A stretch of DNA of 64,000 nt from Zygnema circumcarinatum SAG 698-1b (lineage: Eukaryota; Plantae; Zygnematophyceae), in contig CM074813.1 in assembly GCA_037447605.1 (NCBI GenBank), positions 2,666,001-2,730,000 of the forward strand. The letters run 5' to 3'. A program made the translations under genes and the position numbers. Positions 35,780 through 48,541 of the stretch are shown here, in pieces (the first letter of the stretch is position 1; each line of letters starts with the position of its first letter). The notes beneath the pieces were generated by a model that was given only the letters and a program-made list of their open reading frames with translations, had not been told where the DNA came from and ran no database searches.

Positions 35780-37520
35780 TTTAGGGTTGATCTGGGGCGG
35801 GCACGCCGCGGCTTTGGAACCACGTGGGCATGTGGAATCGGCGGAGCAGAAAAGGACGAACGTCGGGTTGTGCCGCGAGCTGCTCCAGGAGGGGGAGGAG
35901 GACCTGCAGGAGCTGCCAACAGAAAACGGAAAACGGAAAAAACGGAATACGGAAAACGGAAAACGGAAAGGGAAAACGGAAACGGAAAGGGAAAACAGAA
36001 ATCAGAGGACAGAGACGAAATTAAGATAAATATTACTTATGGGTAACTGGCTGGGGTTCTGAAGATTTAAGTTTAGGGCTTTGCAGGGGTTTCAAGTGTT
36101 CTTTGGGTAGATGTCGGTTTTTTTGAAGGATTTTGTGCCCTTTTTGTGTTAGGCTTTGAAGATCTCCGCAAGGGCAGATTGCATGGAAGAATGAGAAAGC
36201 GGAGTTTTTTTTAAGATTTTTTTTCAAACCTGTTGATCTTGAATCTGGTGGCCTGTAAAGGGCACGCATGGAACGCCGTTCAACGGCTGTAACAGAAAAC
36301 TGAACGGATTGTTGTCGACTATAACCACCCGCCGCAAATCGCGGCCTAAAGCGGAAAGGTCCTTCACATGCTCCCGGAGCTTCCTGCACATGCCAAAGAT
36401 TAAAAGATATTTTTTTAATTTAATTAGTTTCAAAAAAACTTATTTGTGGTCAAGTCTATGTGTGATTCAGTTTTGGACACCACATTACTATGCTTTGTAT
36501 AAATCGATAGTTGGCTTTTGGAGAATGATGACCATTGCTGGATTTTTGTTGAAGTCATATTGTTTTGAAGGAATATATATCAAGTGATCAAGGAGTTAGG
36601 TGTTCAAAAATCAGCATTTGACTATCGAAGTTCCAACTTCAGTTGCAAAAGAAACAGAGAGACAGAGAGAAAGGGGGGCCGGAAGAGAGAGAGAGAGAGA
36701 GAGAGGATTACGTGCTGACGGTAGAGGAGCGGTAGAGGCGGTGTGTGATCCGACGGTGCGGATCGATGTGATCCACGAGCGGCCGCGCATACCCTGCAGA
36801 CTGTACGGCAGAATCAGTATTTCCGTAATTCAATTTGTTTGCATTAATAAAATTTAAACTATCACTTGCTTATCCCTCTTGTCCTCTTCAGCGCCCGGAA
36901 AAAGAGAGAAAAAAAAGCCAAAATTGACAATAACTCCAAGAAGATAACAGCAGAAAACAAGAGTTTAGACGACTTTTGCAAATTTTAGTGTTTGTGGCCT
37001 TAAACCCCACAAAGTCCTCCATGAACTTAAGAAATCTCTTCCTTAGAACCCTCGTAACAACAACAACACCAACACGAGATCATTCACACAATGTCACCTT
37101 CGACCCCGGCCGTGAAGAGCACTATTTCTGCGAACTGACTCGTCCTCGCGAGAAACTCCGCAAGGCCGGGCCGCTCGAATACCGTCACGCTGCTCACGCG
37201 GGGGGAGGGAGAGCTCGCCTGCGAGAGAGAGAGAGAGAGTGAGAGGGAGAGGGAGAGAGAGAGGGAGGGAGGCCAGTGAGAGAGGAAGGGAGGGAGAGGG
37301 AGGGAGAGGGAGGGAGGGAGAGGGACGAGGGAGGAGGGAGGACGAGGGAGGGAGAAAGGAGGGGAGAGAGACGAGGAGGGGAGAGGGAGGGAGACGAGGA
37401 GGCGGAGGGGAGCGAGAAGAGAGAGGGGATGTATAAAAAGGAGAGAAAGAGAGAGAGAGAGAGAGTGAGAGGGAGAGGGAGAGAGAGAGGGAGGGAGGCC
37501 AGTGAGAGAGGAAGGAGGGA

Positions 37521-37605
<85 letters not shown>

Positions 37606-40600
37606 CGTCCGCCGCTGCCCAGTGCAGAGTGAACCCGCGCAGGCCGCCCGCCCGCACGGCCGCGGGCAGCCCCGCGGAGGGGTACGCGCACACCAGAGTC
37701 TCGTCCAGGTCCAGCACCACCTGCCGCCCGCCCGCCCAAGGGGGGGGGGGTTAGGGGGCTAGGGGGTAGGGGTAGGGGTAGGGGCTAGTGGGTAGGGGGC
37801 TAGGGGTAGGGGGCCAGGGCAGGGGGCCAGGGGGCAGGGGGGCAGGGGGCAGGGGTCAGGGCCAGGCAGGGGCCAGGGGGCAGGGCCGAAATAGGGCAAA
37901 ATAGGCAAAATAAAATAGGGGCCAGGGCAGGGGGCCAGGGGGCAGGGGCCATGGAGAAATAGGGCAGGGGGCCAGGGGCCAGGGGGCAGGGGTCAGGGGC
38001 AGGGGGCCAGGGCAGGGGGCCAGGGCAGGGGGCCAGGGCAAATAGGGGCAGGGGGCCAGGGGCCAGGGGTAAAATAGGGGGCAGGGGCCAGAGGGCCATG
38101 GGGTAGGGGCCATGGAGAAATAGGGCAGGGGGCCAGGGGCCAGGGGGCAGGGGGCCAGGGGCCAGGGGGCAGGGGGCTAGGGGCAGGGGGCCAGGGGCCA
38201 GGGGGTAGGGGGCCAGGGGGCAGGGGGCCAGGGGCCAGGGGGCTAGGGGTAGGGGGCTAGGGGGCTAGGGGCAGGGGGCTAGGGGGCTAGGGGTAGGGGG
38301 CTAGGGGTAGGGGGCTAGGGGTAGGGGGCTAGGGGCTAGGGGCAGGGGGGGCTAGGGGCAGGGGGGGCTAGGGGCAGGGGGCTAGGGGGTGGGGGCCAGG
38401 GGGCTAGGGGCAGGGGGGGCTAGGGGTAGGGGGGCTAGGGGGTAGGGGTAGGGGGCTAGGGGGCTAGGGGTAGGGGGCTAGGGGTAGGGGGCTAGGGGCT
38501 AGGGGTAGGGGGCCAGGGGGCAGGGGGCCAGGGGCCAGGGGGTAGGGGCCAGGGGGCAGGGGGCCAGGGGCCAGGGGGCAGGGGGGCCAGGGGGCAGGGG
38601 GGCAGGGGGCCAGGGCAGGGGGCCAGGGGGCAGGGGGCCAGGGGGCAGGGGGCCAGGGGGCAGGGGGCCAGGGGGCAGAGGGCCAAGTGGGGCAGGGGGC
38701 CATGGAGCAGGGGTAGGGGGCCAGGGGGCAGGGGGGCAGGGGGCCAGGGCAGGGGGCCATGGGAGAGGGGGGCCAGGGCAGGGGGGCCAGGGGGCAGGGG
38801 GGGCTAGGGGCAGGGGGCCAGGGGGCAGGGGGGCCAGAGGGCCATGGGGTAGGGGCCATGGAGCAGGGGCCAGGGGGCAGGGGGGCAGGGGGTAGGGGCC
38901 AGGGGGCAGGGGCCAGAGGGCCATGGGCAGGGGGGCCATGGAGCAGGGGCCAGGAGGGCAGGGGGGCAGGGGGTAGGGGCCAGGGGGTAGGGGGCCAGGA
39001 GGGCCATGGGGGCAGGGGGCCATGGAGTAGGGGGCTAGGGGTAGGGGCCAGGGGGTAGGGGCCAGGGGGTAGGGGGTCATGGAGCAGGGGGCTAGGGGTA
39101 GGGGGCTAGGGGTAGGGGGCCAGGGGGCAGGGGGCCAGGGGCCAGGGGGCAGGGGGTCAGGGGCAGGGGGTCAGGGGCAGGGGGCCAGGGGGCAGGGGGC
39201 AGGGGGCAGGGGGCCAGGGGTAAAATAGGGGGCAGGGGGCCAGGGGGCAGGGGGCCAGGGGGCAGGGGGCAGGGGTCAGGGGCAGGGGGCCATGGAGCAG
39301 GGGCCAGGGGGCAGGGGGGCCAGGGGGCAGGGGGCAGGGGGGGCTAGGGGCAGGGGCCAGAGGGCCATGGGGTAGGGGGCCATGGAGTAGGGGCTAGGGG
39401 CTAGGGGTAGGGGGCTAGGGGCAGGGGGCTAGGGGCAGGGGGCCAGGGGCCAGGGGGCAGGGGGCCAGGGGGCAGGGGGGCCATGGAGAAATAGGGCAGG
39501 GGGCCAGGGGGCAGGGGGCAGGGGCCATGGAGAAATAGGGCAGGGGGCCAGGGCAGGGGGCTAGGGGCAGGGGCCATGGAGAAATAGGGCAGGGGGCCAG
39601 GGGGCAGGGGGCTAGGGGTAGGGGCCAGGGGCCAGGGGGTGCAGGGGGCTAGGGGTAGGGGCCATGGAGCAGGGGCCAGGGGGCAGGGGGCCAGGGGGGT
39701 AAAATAGGGGGCAGGGGGCCAGGGGTAAAATAGGGGGCAGGGGGCCAGGGGCCAGGGGGCAGGGGGGCCAGGGGCCAGGGGGCAGGGGGCCAGGGGGCAG
39801 GGGGCCATGGAGAAATAGGGGGCAGGGGGCTAGGGGTAGGGGCCAGGGGGCAGGGGGCCAGGGCAGAAATAGGGGGCCAGGGGGTAGGGGCCAGGGGGCA
39901 GGGGGCCAGGAGGGCAGGGGGGCCAGGGGGTAGGGGGCTAGGGGGTGGGGGCTAGGGGTAGGGGGGCTAGGGGTAGAGGGCCATGGGGTAGGGGCCATGG
40001 AGCAGGGGCCAGGGGGCAGGGGGGCAGGGGGCCAGGGCAGGGGGGCCAGGAGGGCCATGGGCAGGGGGGCCAAGTGGAGCAGGGGCCAGGGGGCAGGGGG
40101 GCCATGGAGCAGGGGTAGGGGCCAGGGGGTAGGGGTAGGGGAAATAGGGGGTAGGGGGCTAGGGGTAGAGGGCCATGGGGTAGGGGGCCATGGAGAGGGG
40201 GTAGGAAAATAGGGGTAGGGGCCAGGAGGGCCATGGGGTAGGGGGCCATGGAGCAGGGGCCAGGGGGCAGGGGGGGCTAGGGGCAGGGGGCTAGGGGGCT
40301 AGGGGTAGGGGTAGGGGGCTAGGGGTAGAGGGCCATGGGGTAGGGGGCCAAGTGGAGCAGGGGTAGGGGCCAGGGGGTAGGGGGCTAGGAGGGCCATGGG
40401 GTAGGGGCCATGGAGCAGGGGGGGGCCAGGGGGCAGGGGGCCAGGGGTAGGGGGCCAGGGGGTAGGGTGAAATAGGGGGTAGGGGTAGGGGGCTAGGGGG
40501 TAGGGGGCTAGAGGGCTATGGGGTAGGGGGCTATGGAGTAGGGGGCTAGGGGGTAGGGGGCTAGGGGGTAGGGGGGCTAGGGGTAGGGGGGGGGCGTAGG

Positions 40601-42056
40601 GTAAGGGGGGTAGGGGCTAGGGGTAGGGAGGGGGCGTAGGGGAGGGGGGGTCGGGGCTAGGGGTAGGGGGGGGGCGTAGGGGAAGGGGGGTAGGGGCTAG
40701 GGGTAGGGAGGGTGGGTAGGGGAGGGGGGGTAGGGGGCTAGGGGCAGGGGGGCCATGGAGCAGGGGCCAGGGGGCAGGGGGGGCTAGGGGTAGGGGGCTA
40801 GGGGCAGGGGGCCAGGGGCCAGGGGGCAGGGGGCAGGGGGCCATGGAGCAGGGGCCAGGGGGTAGGGGGCCAGGGGGTAGGGGGCTAGGGGGTAGGGGGC
40901 TAGGGGGTAGGGGGCTAGGGGGTAGGGGGGTAGGGGGTAGGGGGCTAGGGGGTAGGGGGTAGGGGGCTAGGGGGTAGGGGGCTAGAGGGCTATGGGGTAG
41001 GGGGCTATGGAGTAGGGGGCTAGGGGGTAGGGGGCTATGGAGTAGGGGGCTAGGGGGTAGGGGGCTAGGGGGTAGGGGGCTAGGGGGTAGGGGGCTAGGG
41101 GGTAGGTGGCTAAGGGGTAGGGGCCTAGGGGGGTAGGAGGATAGGGGGCTAGGGGGTTGGGGGGTAGGGAGTAGGGGGGCTAGGGGGCTAGGGTGTAGGG
41201 GGCTAGAGGGTAGGGGCTAGGGGGGTAGGGGGCTAGGGTTGGGGGCTAGGATTGGGGGCTAGGATTGGGGGCTAGGGTTGGGGTCTAGGGTTAGGGTTGG
41301 GTTTAGAGCTTCTTGCTTAGGGTTTAAAGTTGAGGGTTGAGGGTTTAGGGGATTTCAGGGATTAAGGGTAAGGGTGTAGCGTTTAGGGCGTTTGAGGGGT
41401 TTAGGGTTTGAGGGGGTTGAGGGGGGTTAGGGATTTAGGGGTTTGAGAGGTTTAGGGGTATTAGAGCTTTTAGAGGTTTTCGGGGTTATGTGAGTTGTAG
41501 GAGTTTCAGATTTCTTAGAGGTTGCGGGGTTTTACGGGTTTTAAGTTGAACCCTCCAACTGTTTAACCTTGAACACTAAACCCTAAACCCTCACCGTGAG
41601 CTTGTGATGATCCTTCCCGCGAGGAGGAAGCAGCGCTGCCGCCTCCGTCTGTACAGCGCTCCATTCGGTCTCCACCTTCTCCCTCTCCTTCTCCCTCTCC
41701 CTCTCCCCTGCGCGGCCCTGAACCCCGCCGCCTCCCCCTCCCACAGCGGAGGCGGGAGGCGAAGGAGCGGCGCTGAACCCTAGAAATTCCAAAAACCCCA
41801 CGAGGGGAAGGAGGAGGGAGCGAAGGACCTGGCTGCGGTCGATGAGCTTCAAGACATGGCCGGCGGCGAGAAACCCTAAAAAGAGGTGGAGGTAATGGAG
41901 GAGGAGGGAAAGGAGGGAGAGGAACCAGGAGGGAGAGAGGAGGGAGGGAGGGGAGGGGCGGGAGGGAGAGGAGGGGGAGGGAGAGGGGAGGGGGGTGGAG
42001 GGAGAGGAGGGAGAGGGAGAGGAGGGAGAGGGGGGAGGGGGGAGGGAGGGAGCCAT
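35780..42056 (-). CDS. HAD-family CTD small phosphatase / CTDNEP1-like (NIF/FCP1 domain, At3g55960-like)
   Basis: Exons 42056-41595, 37720-37604, 37218-37098, 36793-36712, 36383-36230, 35912-35780. Catalytic [15 protein letters not shown]; [13 protein letters not shown]; [16 protein letters not shown]; [30 protein letters not shown]; [17 protein letters not shown]. Confidence 0.93.
37740..41290 (+). repeat. 3.5-kb G-run array (G4-7 plus CTA/GTA/CCA/CA) filling phosphatase intron 1; strong G-quadruplex potential
   Basis: Continuous ggggcta/gggggta/ggggcca/gggggca units with recurring inserts ccatggagaaata, ccatggagca, ggtaaaata; grades into TTTAGGG-like sequence at 41270-41540. Confidence 0.95.
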
Positions 42057-42652
42057 GGCGGAGGCGGAGGTGGGTTTGGTTTTTATTTCTAAGTTATGAA
42101 AAACTTAAAACTGAAAACCCACAACCCCAAAAAACCAAAAAAAAATCCTAGAAAATGTAAAAAAGCGAAGAAATCCGAGAATGGCTACAAAAACGTGTTC
42201 ACAAAAAAAAAAAAAAAAAAACGAATATGAAGTTTTAAGTTGATAAAAACCTTTAAACAGAATAGACCTTAAAACCCTAATCCTAAGCAGCTCTAGAACC
42301 GTGCCGTCTACCAATCAGAGCTCGCCACGTGGCATCAGCGGGACACCTCGAGGACCGGCCCGGCTTATGATATCCGTACAGTCCGTATAATATGTACGGA
42401 CAGTCATGTCTTCAATCTGTACACACGCACAAAATATCGAACTGGAATATCGTATCGTTAATAGAATATCAAATAAGATATGCTACGATATTACGATACA
42501 ATAAAAATACAGATACAGTACGATATGTCGTTACAACTGCCGCCGTTTAGTGTTCCGTAAACAGTCTTTCCATGCAGTCCCGTCGCGTCGTACAGTCGAC
42601 GCAGGCGGAGGGGAAGGCGCCGGAGAGCTCGGCGGAGTGCGGGGGGGCGGCC

Positions 42653-45600
42653 ATGGCGGGGCCACGTGGCAAGGACCCCGCGAAAGGCGGGGGTGTCAAA
42701 GGGGCGCCAGCTGGCGCGAAGGCGGGACACGTGACGACGCCTCCGGTGGCGGCGGGCGGCCCTGAACTCCAGGTCGGCGCGGTCGTGGAGGACCTTTTTG
42801 AGAGGGTTCAGAGCCACGCGGCGCGCCGGGAGTGCGTGAAGGTGGTGCGACTCGCCGATGAGAGTATCCGTCTGGCAGTGGGTTGGGGAGGGGGGGGAGG
42901 GGGACGGGGGTGCTGAAGCAGGGGAAGTGCAGGGGCAGGAGGATTGCTGAACCCTGGGGAGGCTGAGAGTTAAGGAAACCCTAATTGGGGTGAGAGATTG
43001 CAGGCGTGTCGGAGAAGGTTTGAGTATGACGCTGCTCTTTGAGTTCATCCAGTTGCCGACATTTCGGGTTTAACGTTAGGAAGACAAGTTGAAGCATTTC
43101 ATGCGCATATCAAACCATACATTGAGGCCGTGATGCATAGTGGATTTTTGTGGCTTGAGTCTCCGTGGTTTCCCGGCCGGATGTTGCCCTCCTTGACCCG
43201 CCCTCCCCCTTCCCAGTTCTGAAGCTGCTCCCCGGCGACGAAGACGCGGTGCGCTGCAAGGTGGTGGCGCAAGTGCAGGACGAGCTCTACGACGCCGCCC
43301 TCGCCACCATCGCCTCAAAGGACGCGGCGGGCGTCGACCTGCGGCCCGAAAAGGTGAGGGAGAGAGAGTGAGAGAGAGAGTGAGAGAGTGAGAGAGAGAG
43401 GGGGGGAGGAGATGGGAGGGAGAGGGGGGAGAGTGAGGGAAGGGGAGAGGGAAGGGAAGGGGGAGAGAGGGAAGGGAAGGGGGGGAGAGGGAAGGGAAGG
43501 GGGGAAGAGGGAGAATGGGGACGAGGGAGAGTGAACTGAGGGAGAGGGAGAGGGAGGGGCGCAGAGGGAGACAAGGGAGAGAGAGGGAGTTTGGGGAGGA
43601 GACGGAGAGGGCGAGGGGGTGGGAAGAGGAAGTGAAGAAAAAGTTAGAGGGGCTGGATGGGAGCAAAAGCGGGAGAGAGAGAAAGAGAAAGAGAGAGTGA
43701 ATGTGTTCACTTAACATAAAACAATGCGCTGTCTGCCCCCATGCCTACCGTATCCTCCGTCCTTCCCTTTCCCTCCTACCCTCTTCCCCCCTCCCCCCTC
43801 ACCCCTCTATCCCTTTCCTCCTTTCCCTCCGCTTCCAACCCCTCCCCTAGTCTCTCTCTCTCCCCCCTCCCGTGTCTCTTTCTCCCTCCCTCGTGACACT
43901 GTCTTCCCTCCCTCCCTCAGGGCTACTGCCTGTACAGGAAGGCCTGCCATGAAGAAGCTCTCTCTGCTCTTCAAGGCTGCGAAAAGTCCCCATCTGTACT
44001 TCAATTGGAGGCTCAAATTCTCTATCGAATGGGAGACAGCGAGGGCGCCATTCAGCGATACGAAGAATTGGGAAAAATGGAAGATGAAAATACCACCGAA
44101 ATTAAAACAAATATGGTTGCTGCCTACGTCAGTGGAGGGCGGGCAGCTGAAGTTCCCGCTTTGATGAAGACTTTGGAAGCTGCCCCAAAAGAAAGCTTTG
44201 ATTTGGCATACAATGTTGCTTGTTCTATGGTTGAATCGGGGGAGCTCAGCCAGGCGGAGGAGATGCTCTTAATTTCAAAAAGGTGGGACTGCACTACAAA
44301 ACCTACAACCTTATAACCTTAATTTACGCAAGCCATAAAGTTCCTAAGGACCAGCCTCAAATCTTAGGAAGCCAATGTTCAAGGAAAAAGGAAAAAATGC
44401 GAAAGGCAGCAAAGGCAATTGCCAAAGGAAAATCCGACAATAAACTCTAGAAGGACCTCATTAGATTCAGCACTTTCACAAAATGTTAGAAACCTAAAAC
44501 CCTAAATCTCCTACCCCAGAGGTGCTAAAACTCCTCAATCCTTGACACGAACGAAACTCTAATTTTCTTAAAGGAATGGGCTTAACTATGGAAAAACTTT
44601 CTGTCTTGATGAGTAACTCAACGGATTTCGTATAGTTCTTATTCAATCATATCATCATCCTTCTAAGTGAAGATCGTTCTAAGTCAATTAAGTCAAACTC
44701 TTTGAATAATTCCAAAATTCGGAATGGGGGAGAACAGAATGGGGAAGGAGATGCTCATTGATGAGGAGTTGACCGAGCCGGAAATCGAGCAAGAATTGGC
44801 GCCCATTAACGTGCAGCTCGCTTTTGTGCAGCAGGTAACATAAACAAGGGAAGAAAACACATTATGTTTCTCCTGTCTCTATCTCCCTCCTCTCCTCCCC
44901 CTCCCCTCCTCTCGTTGCCTCTCCCACTTCGCCGTCGTCTCCTTCCCCTCCTCCTCCTCTCGGTCCCCCTCCCTTCCTTTTTTCCTCCTTCCTTCCCTTC
45001 ACGCGCCTTCCTATTGCCTCTCCTGCCTCGTCGCCTTCCTTCCCTTTCTCTCTCTTCCCTACTTCCTTCCTTTCCCTGCCTTATTCACCCCCATCTCCCG
45101 CCTCCCTCCCTCCCTCTCCCTCTCCACCCCCCACTCTCTCTTTCTCATCTTCTCTCTCTCTCTCTCCCTCCTCTCCCCCCCCCACTCCTTTTCCACTCTT
45201 TCGCTCTCATTTGTATTCTCACCCTCCCCCGCTCATTGTCTATTCTCCCTTCTCCTGCTTCTCTCTCCATCTCCCTCCCTCCCTCCCTCCCTCCCTCCCC
45301 GACCCTCTCCCCCATCTCCCTCTGTCTCTCTCCCACTCTCTCTATGCCTCACTCCACTACTTCCATGCCACTTTCAGGCTCTCGGAAGAAGCACAGAAGC
45401 CATGGAGAAGTACTCCTCCCTCCTAAAGAACCGGCCCGGGGATGCCCCCTCTATGGCTGTTGCGTCCAATAATTTAATTGCATTAAGGGGCCCGAAGGAT
45501 CTTCTGGACGGGCTAAAAAAATTTGAAAAAATATTTGAATCGAATGAGAACGGAGCATTCGACTTTGCGGAGGCGGTCAGGGGAAAACTTTCGGTCAGGC

Positions 45601-48541
45601 AGAAGGCTGCGATTCTTAAAAACCGATTTTTGCTGCTCCTACATTCCAACAAGTTTGAGCAGGTGGGAGGATCGACCCTTTTGCGTTTAGGGTTCAGGGT
45701 TCAAGGTTTAACCTTTTAGGGTGTTCAGTTTTCAGTTTTTTTTGGGGAGGGAGGGGGGGGGGGGGGGGCTGCGTTTAAGATTTCTGGGACTTGTAAGGTT
45801 TTGCGCTATTGTGGTTTTGAGATTTTGGTGATAGTAAGGCCTCCTGACGTTGGGAGGACGAAGCTCTGCAGATTTGTTTCCTCTTTTCTTTCTCCCTCTA
45901 CCTACTCTCTTCCCTAAACCCTCTTTTCCAACTCCGTCCCGTACACCTCCTTTTCCACTATCTCCTTCTTCTCTACACCCTCGTTCTCCCCCCCCTCCTT
46001 TCCGCCACTTCCGCTAATCCCTTCTCTCCCTCCTCCCTCAGGCGCGAGAGACCCTCTCCCTCTTCAAGCCCCTCCTCCCTCCCGAGGAGGTCCTCTCCCT
46101 CTCCCTCTCCCTCATGGTGAAGGAGAAGCAGCTTCAGCAGGCCCTCCTCTCCCTCCCTCCCTCCGGGGGGACCCCCCTCCTCCTTTGGGTTCAGACCGCG
46201 GTCCTTGCGGGGGACTTTCTGAGGGCGGCGGCGGCGCTGGAGGGGGCAGAGGACCTCAAGTATCAGCCGGCGGTGGTGGCGACTCTGGTGGACCTGAAGG
46301 TGCTCTCTCTCTCTCTCTCCTCTCTCTCTCTCCCTCTCTCCTCGCTCTCTCGCCCTCTCCTCTCGCTCTTTCCCTCTTTTTCTTGATGTCGTTCTCGCTC
46401 TCCCTTTCTCTTTTTCTTGCTCCCTCTCTTTCTTTCTCTCTCACTCATTTTCTCTCTCTCGCTCCCTCTCGCTCTCTCCCATCTTCTCCCTATAGTCCCC
46501 TAGAACCATGACATCTAAGAACTATGAACCCTGTAGAAGCCTAAATCCACAGAATCCTGCCATAATCGCTTAACCCTTAATAATTCGAAAGTCTACAACC
46601 GGAAGTCCTTAGAACCCTGCATCTCTACCCCACATCCTATAAAGCCCCAAACTCTAGAACCCTGCAACCCTAAACCATGGGACCTAAAACCCTATAACCC
46701 GAAAACCCGAGAATCCTTGGACCCTCAAAACCCAAAAGCCCTAACAATCTAAAACCCTCAACCCTCAAACCCTAAAATCTCCAACCCTAAAACCCTAATA
46801 CCCTACTCTGGTCCTCCCGCAGGAGAGAGGTAACGATTTGGCGGGAGCGGAAGCGACTCTCGACGGCGCCATCCGTTGGTGGGAGAGCCATCGGATGTAT
46901 GAGGACTCGGCTAAGCAGGGCTCCTTAACCGCATGGGACAAAATGGTCCTGGCTGCCGCCAGCCTGAAGCAGCGTCGTACGGACCCCCGCTCCGCCGCCT
47001 CCCTCTTCGAGCGCCTCTTGAGCAGCCCGAGCGAGGCCGTACGGGCGGAGGCGCTCAACGGACTCGTATGCAGCGCTGCGGAGTATGATGCAGGTGAGAT
47101 TAGGGTTTTGGAACGGTAGGTAGGGTTTAGGGTTCAGGCTTCAGGGTGTAGGGTGGATCTAGGGTTTAGGGTGTAGGGTGTAGGGTTTAGGGTCAGGGTG
47201 TACGGTTTAGGGTTTAGGGTTTGGGGTTTAGGGTTTAGGGTGTAGGGTTTAAGGTTTAGGGTAGAGGGTTTAGGGTTGAAGAACGGTAGGGTTAGGGTCA
47301 GGATTAGGGTTTAGGGTTGAAAAATGGCAAGGGTTTAGGGTTTAGGGTTGTAGAATGGTAGGGTTAGGGTTCAGGGTTTAGCGTTGAAGAATGGTAGGGG
47401 TTGAGGGTTTAGGGTTGTAGAATGGTAGGGTTAGGGTTTAGGGTTAGCGTTGAAAATTGGTAGGGGTTTAGGGTTTAGGGTTGAATAATGGTAGGGAATT
47501 AGGGTCAGGGTTAGGGTTTAGGGTTTTTACAATGGCAGGATTTAGGGCTTGGGTTTAGGGTTAAGGGTTAGCTTTTTAGCTAGGTTTCAGGATATAGGGT
47601 CAGGGTTGGAGTTCAGGATTTGGGGTGAGGGTTGAGGTTTAAGATTAGGGGAGGAAAGGATCTGAAATACTGGTTCTTAGGGTTGAGGGTCAACACAAGC
47701 GAAAATTCCTGTACTTGCAGGTAAAACCCTGCAAACCCTCCCATTCCTGAAACCCTAAAGCCCCAAAACCTCAAAACCTCAAAACCATTGAGCCTTAAAC
47801 CCTGAACTTATCCCTAAACCCTAAACCCATAATCCTGATCCCTACAACCCCTAACCCTAGTCCCTAAACCCTAATCCCTAAACCCTGAATCCCTAAGCCC
47901 TAATCCTCACACCTTTAAACCGCTAACCCTACTCCTTTAACCCTCCCCCCCCATCCTTCCCCCGCCCCCCCCCTCAAAAAAATCCCTAAACCGCTAAAAC
48001 CCTAAACCCCTCTGACCATAAACCCTGAACCCCCTACAACCCCGCTCGCGCAGACCTGGCGGAGCAGTACGCCGCGGCGCTGCCAGCTGTCCCCGGGGCC
48101 GCCTCTCTGGACCCCTCCGCCCTGGAGCGCGCCGCCAGCGGCCCGTTCTTTGGCAGTCGCGCGAAACGGACGGCGGAGAACGGAGAACTGGCGGACATGG
48201 AACAGGAGGCGGCGAGGAGGAAGAAGAGGCGGAAGAGGAAGAGGAAGGTGGTCTGGCCGAAGGGCTACGACCCCGCCAATCCGCCGCCGCCGCCGGACCC
48301 GGAGAGGTGGCTGCCGAGGAGGGAGAGGGCGGGCTATAGGCCGAGGAAGAAGGACAAGAGGGCGGGGGTTCAGATAAGGGGGGCGCAGGGAGCGGTGGTG
48401 AAGGAGAAGGCGGGAGAGAAGGCGGGAGAGGGGGGAAGTGTGAGCAGCAGTGAGAAGGGGGGGAAGAAGGGAGAGGCCGTGGCGGCGGCGGCGGCGGCTG
48501 CGAAGGCGAAAGGGAAGAGTAGTTCTAAGAAGAAGCGGTAG
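42653..48541 (+). CDS. SRP72: Signal recognition particle subunit SRP72
   Basis: Exons 42653-42863, 43217-43353, 43921-44282, 44738-44834, 45378-45662, 46042-46299, 46823-47093, 48054-48541. VEDLF..; PGDEDAVRCKVVA; GYCLYR; LAYNVACSMVE; IEQELAPINVQLAFVQQ; NNLIALRG; C-terminal KRKRKVVWPKGYDPANP...PDPERWLPRRERAGYRPRKKDKR. Confidence 0.96.
47094..48053 (+). repeat. SRP72 intron 7: G-strand telomere-like repeats followed by C-strand telomere-like repeats
   Basis: 47100-47690 is (TTTAGGG/TAGGGTT)-like; 47720-48040 is (CCCTAAA/AACCCTG)-like. Confidence 0.85.

Noticed and set aside
38464-40844. Pro-rich ORFs ([14 protein letters not shown]) resembling extensin, pherophorin or collagen
   Set aside because: All frames of the array are broken by frequent TAG, there is no signal peptide or splice context, and the flanking phosphatase exons join in frame without it.
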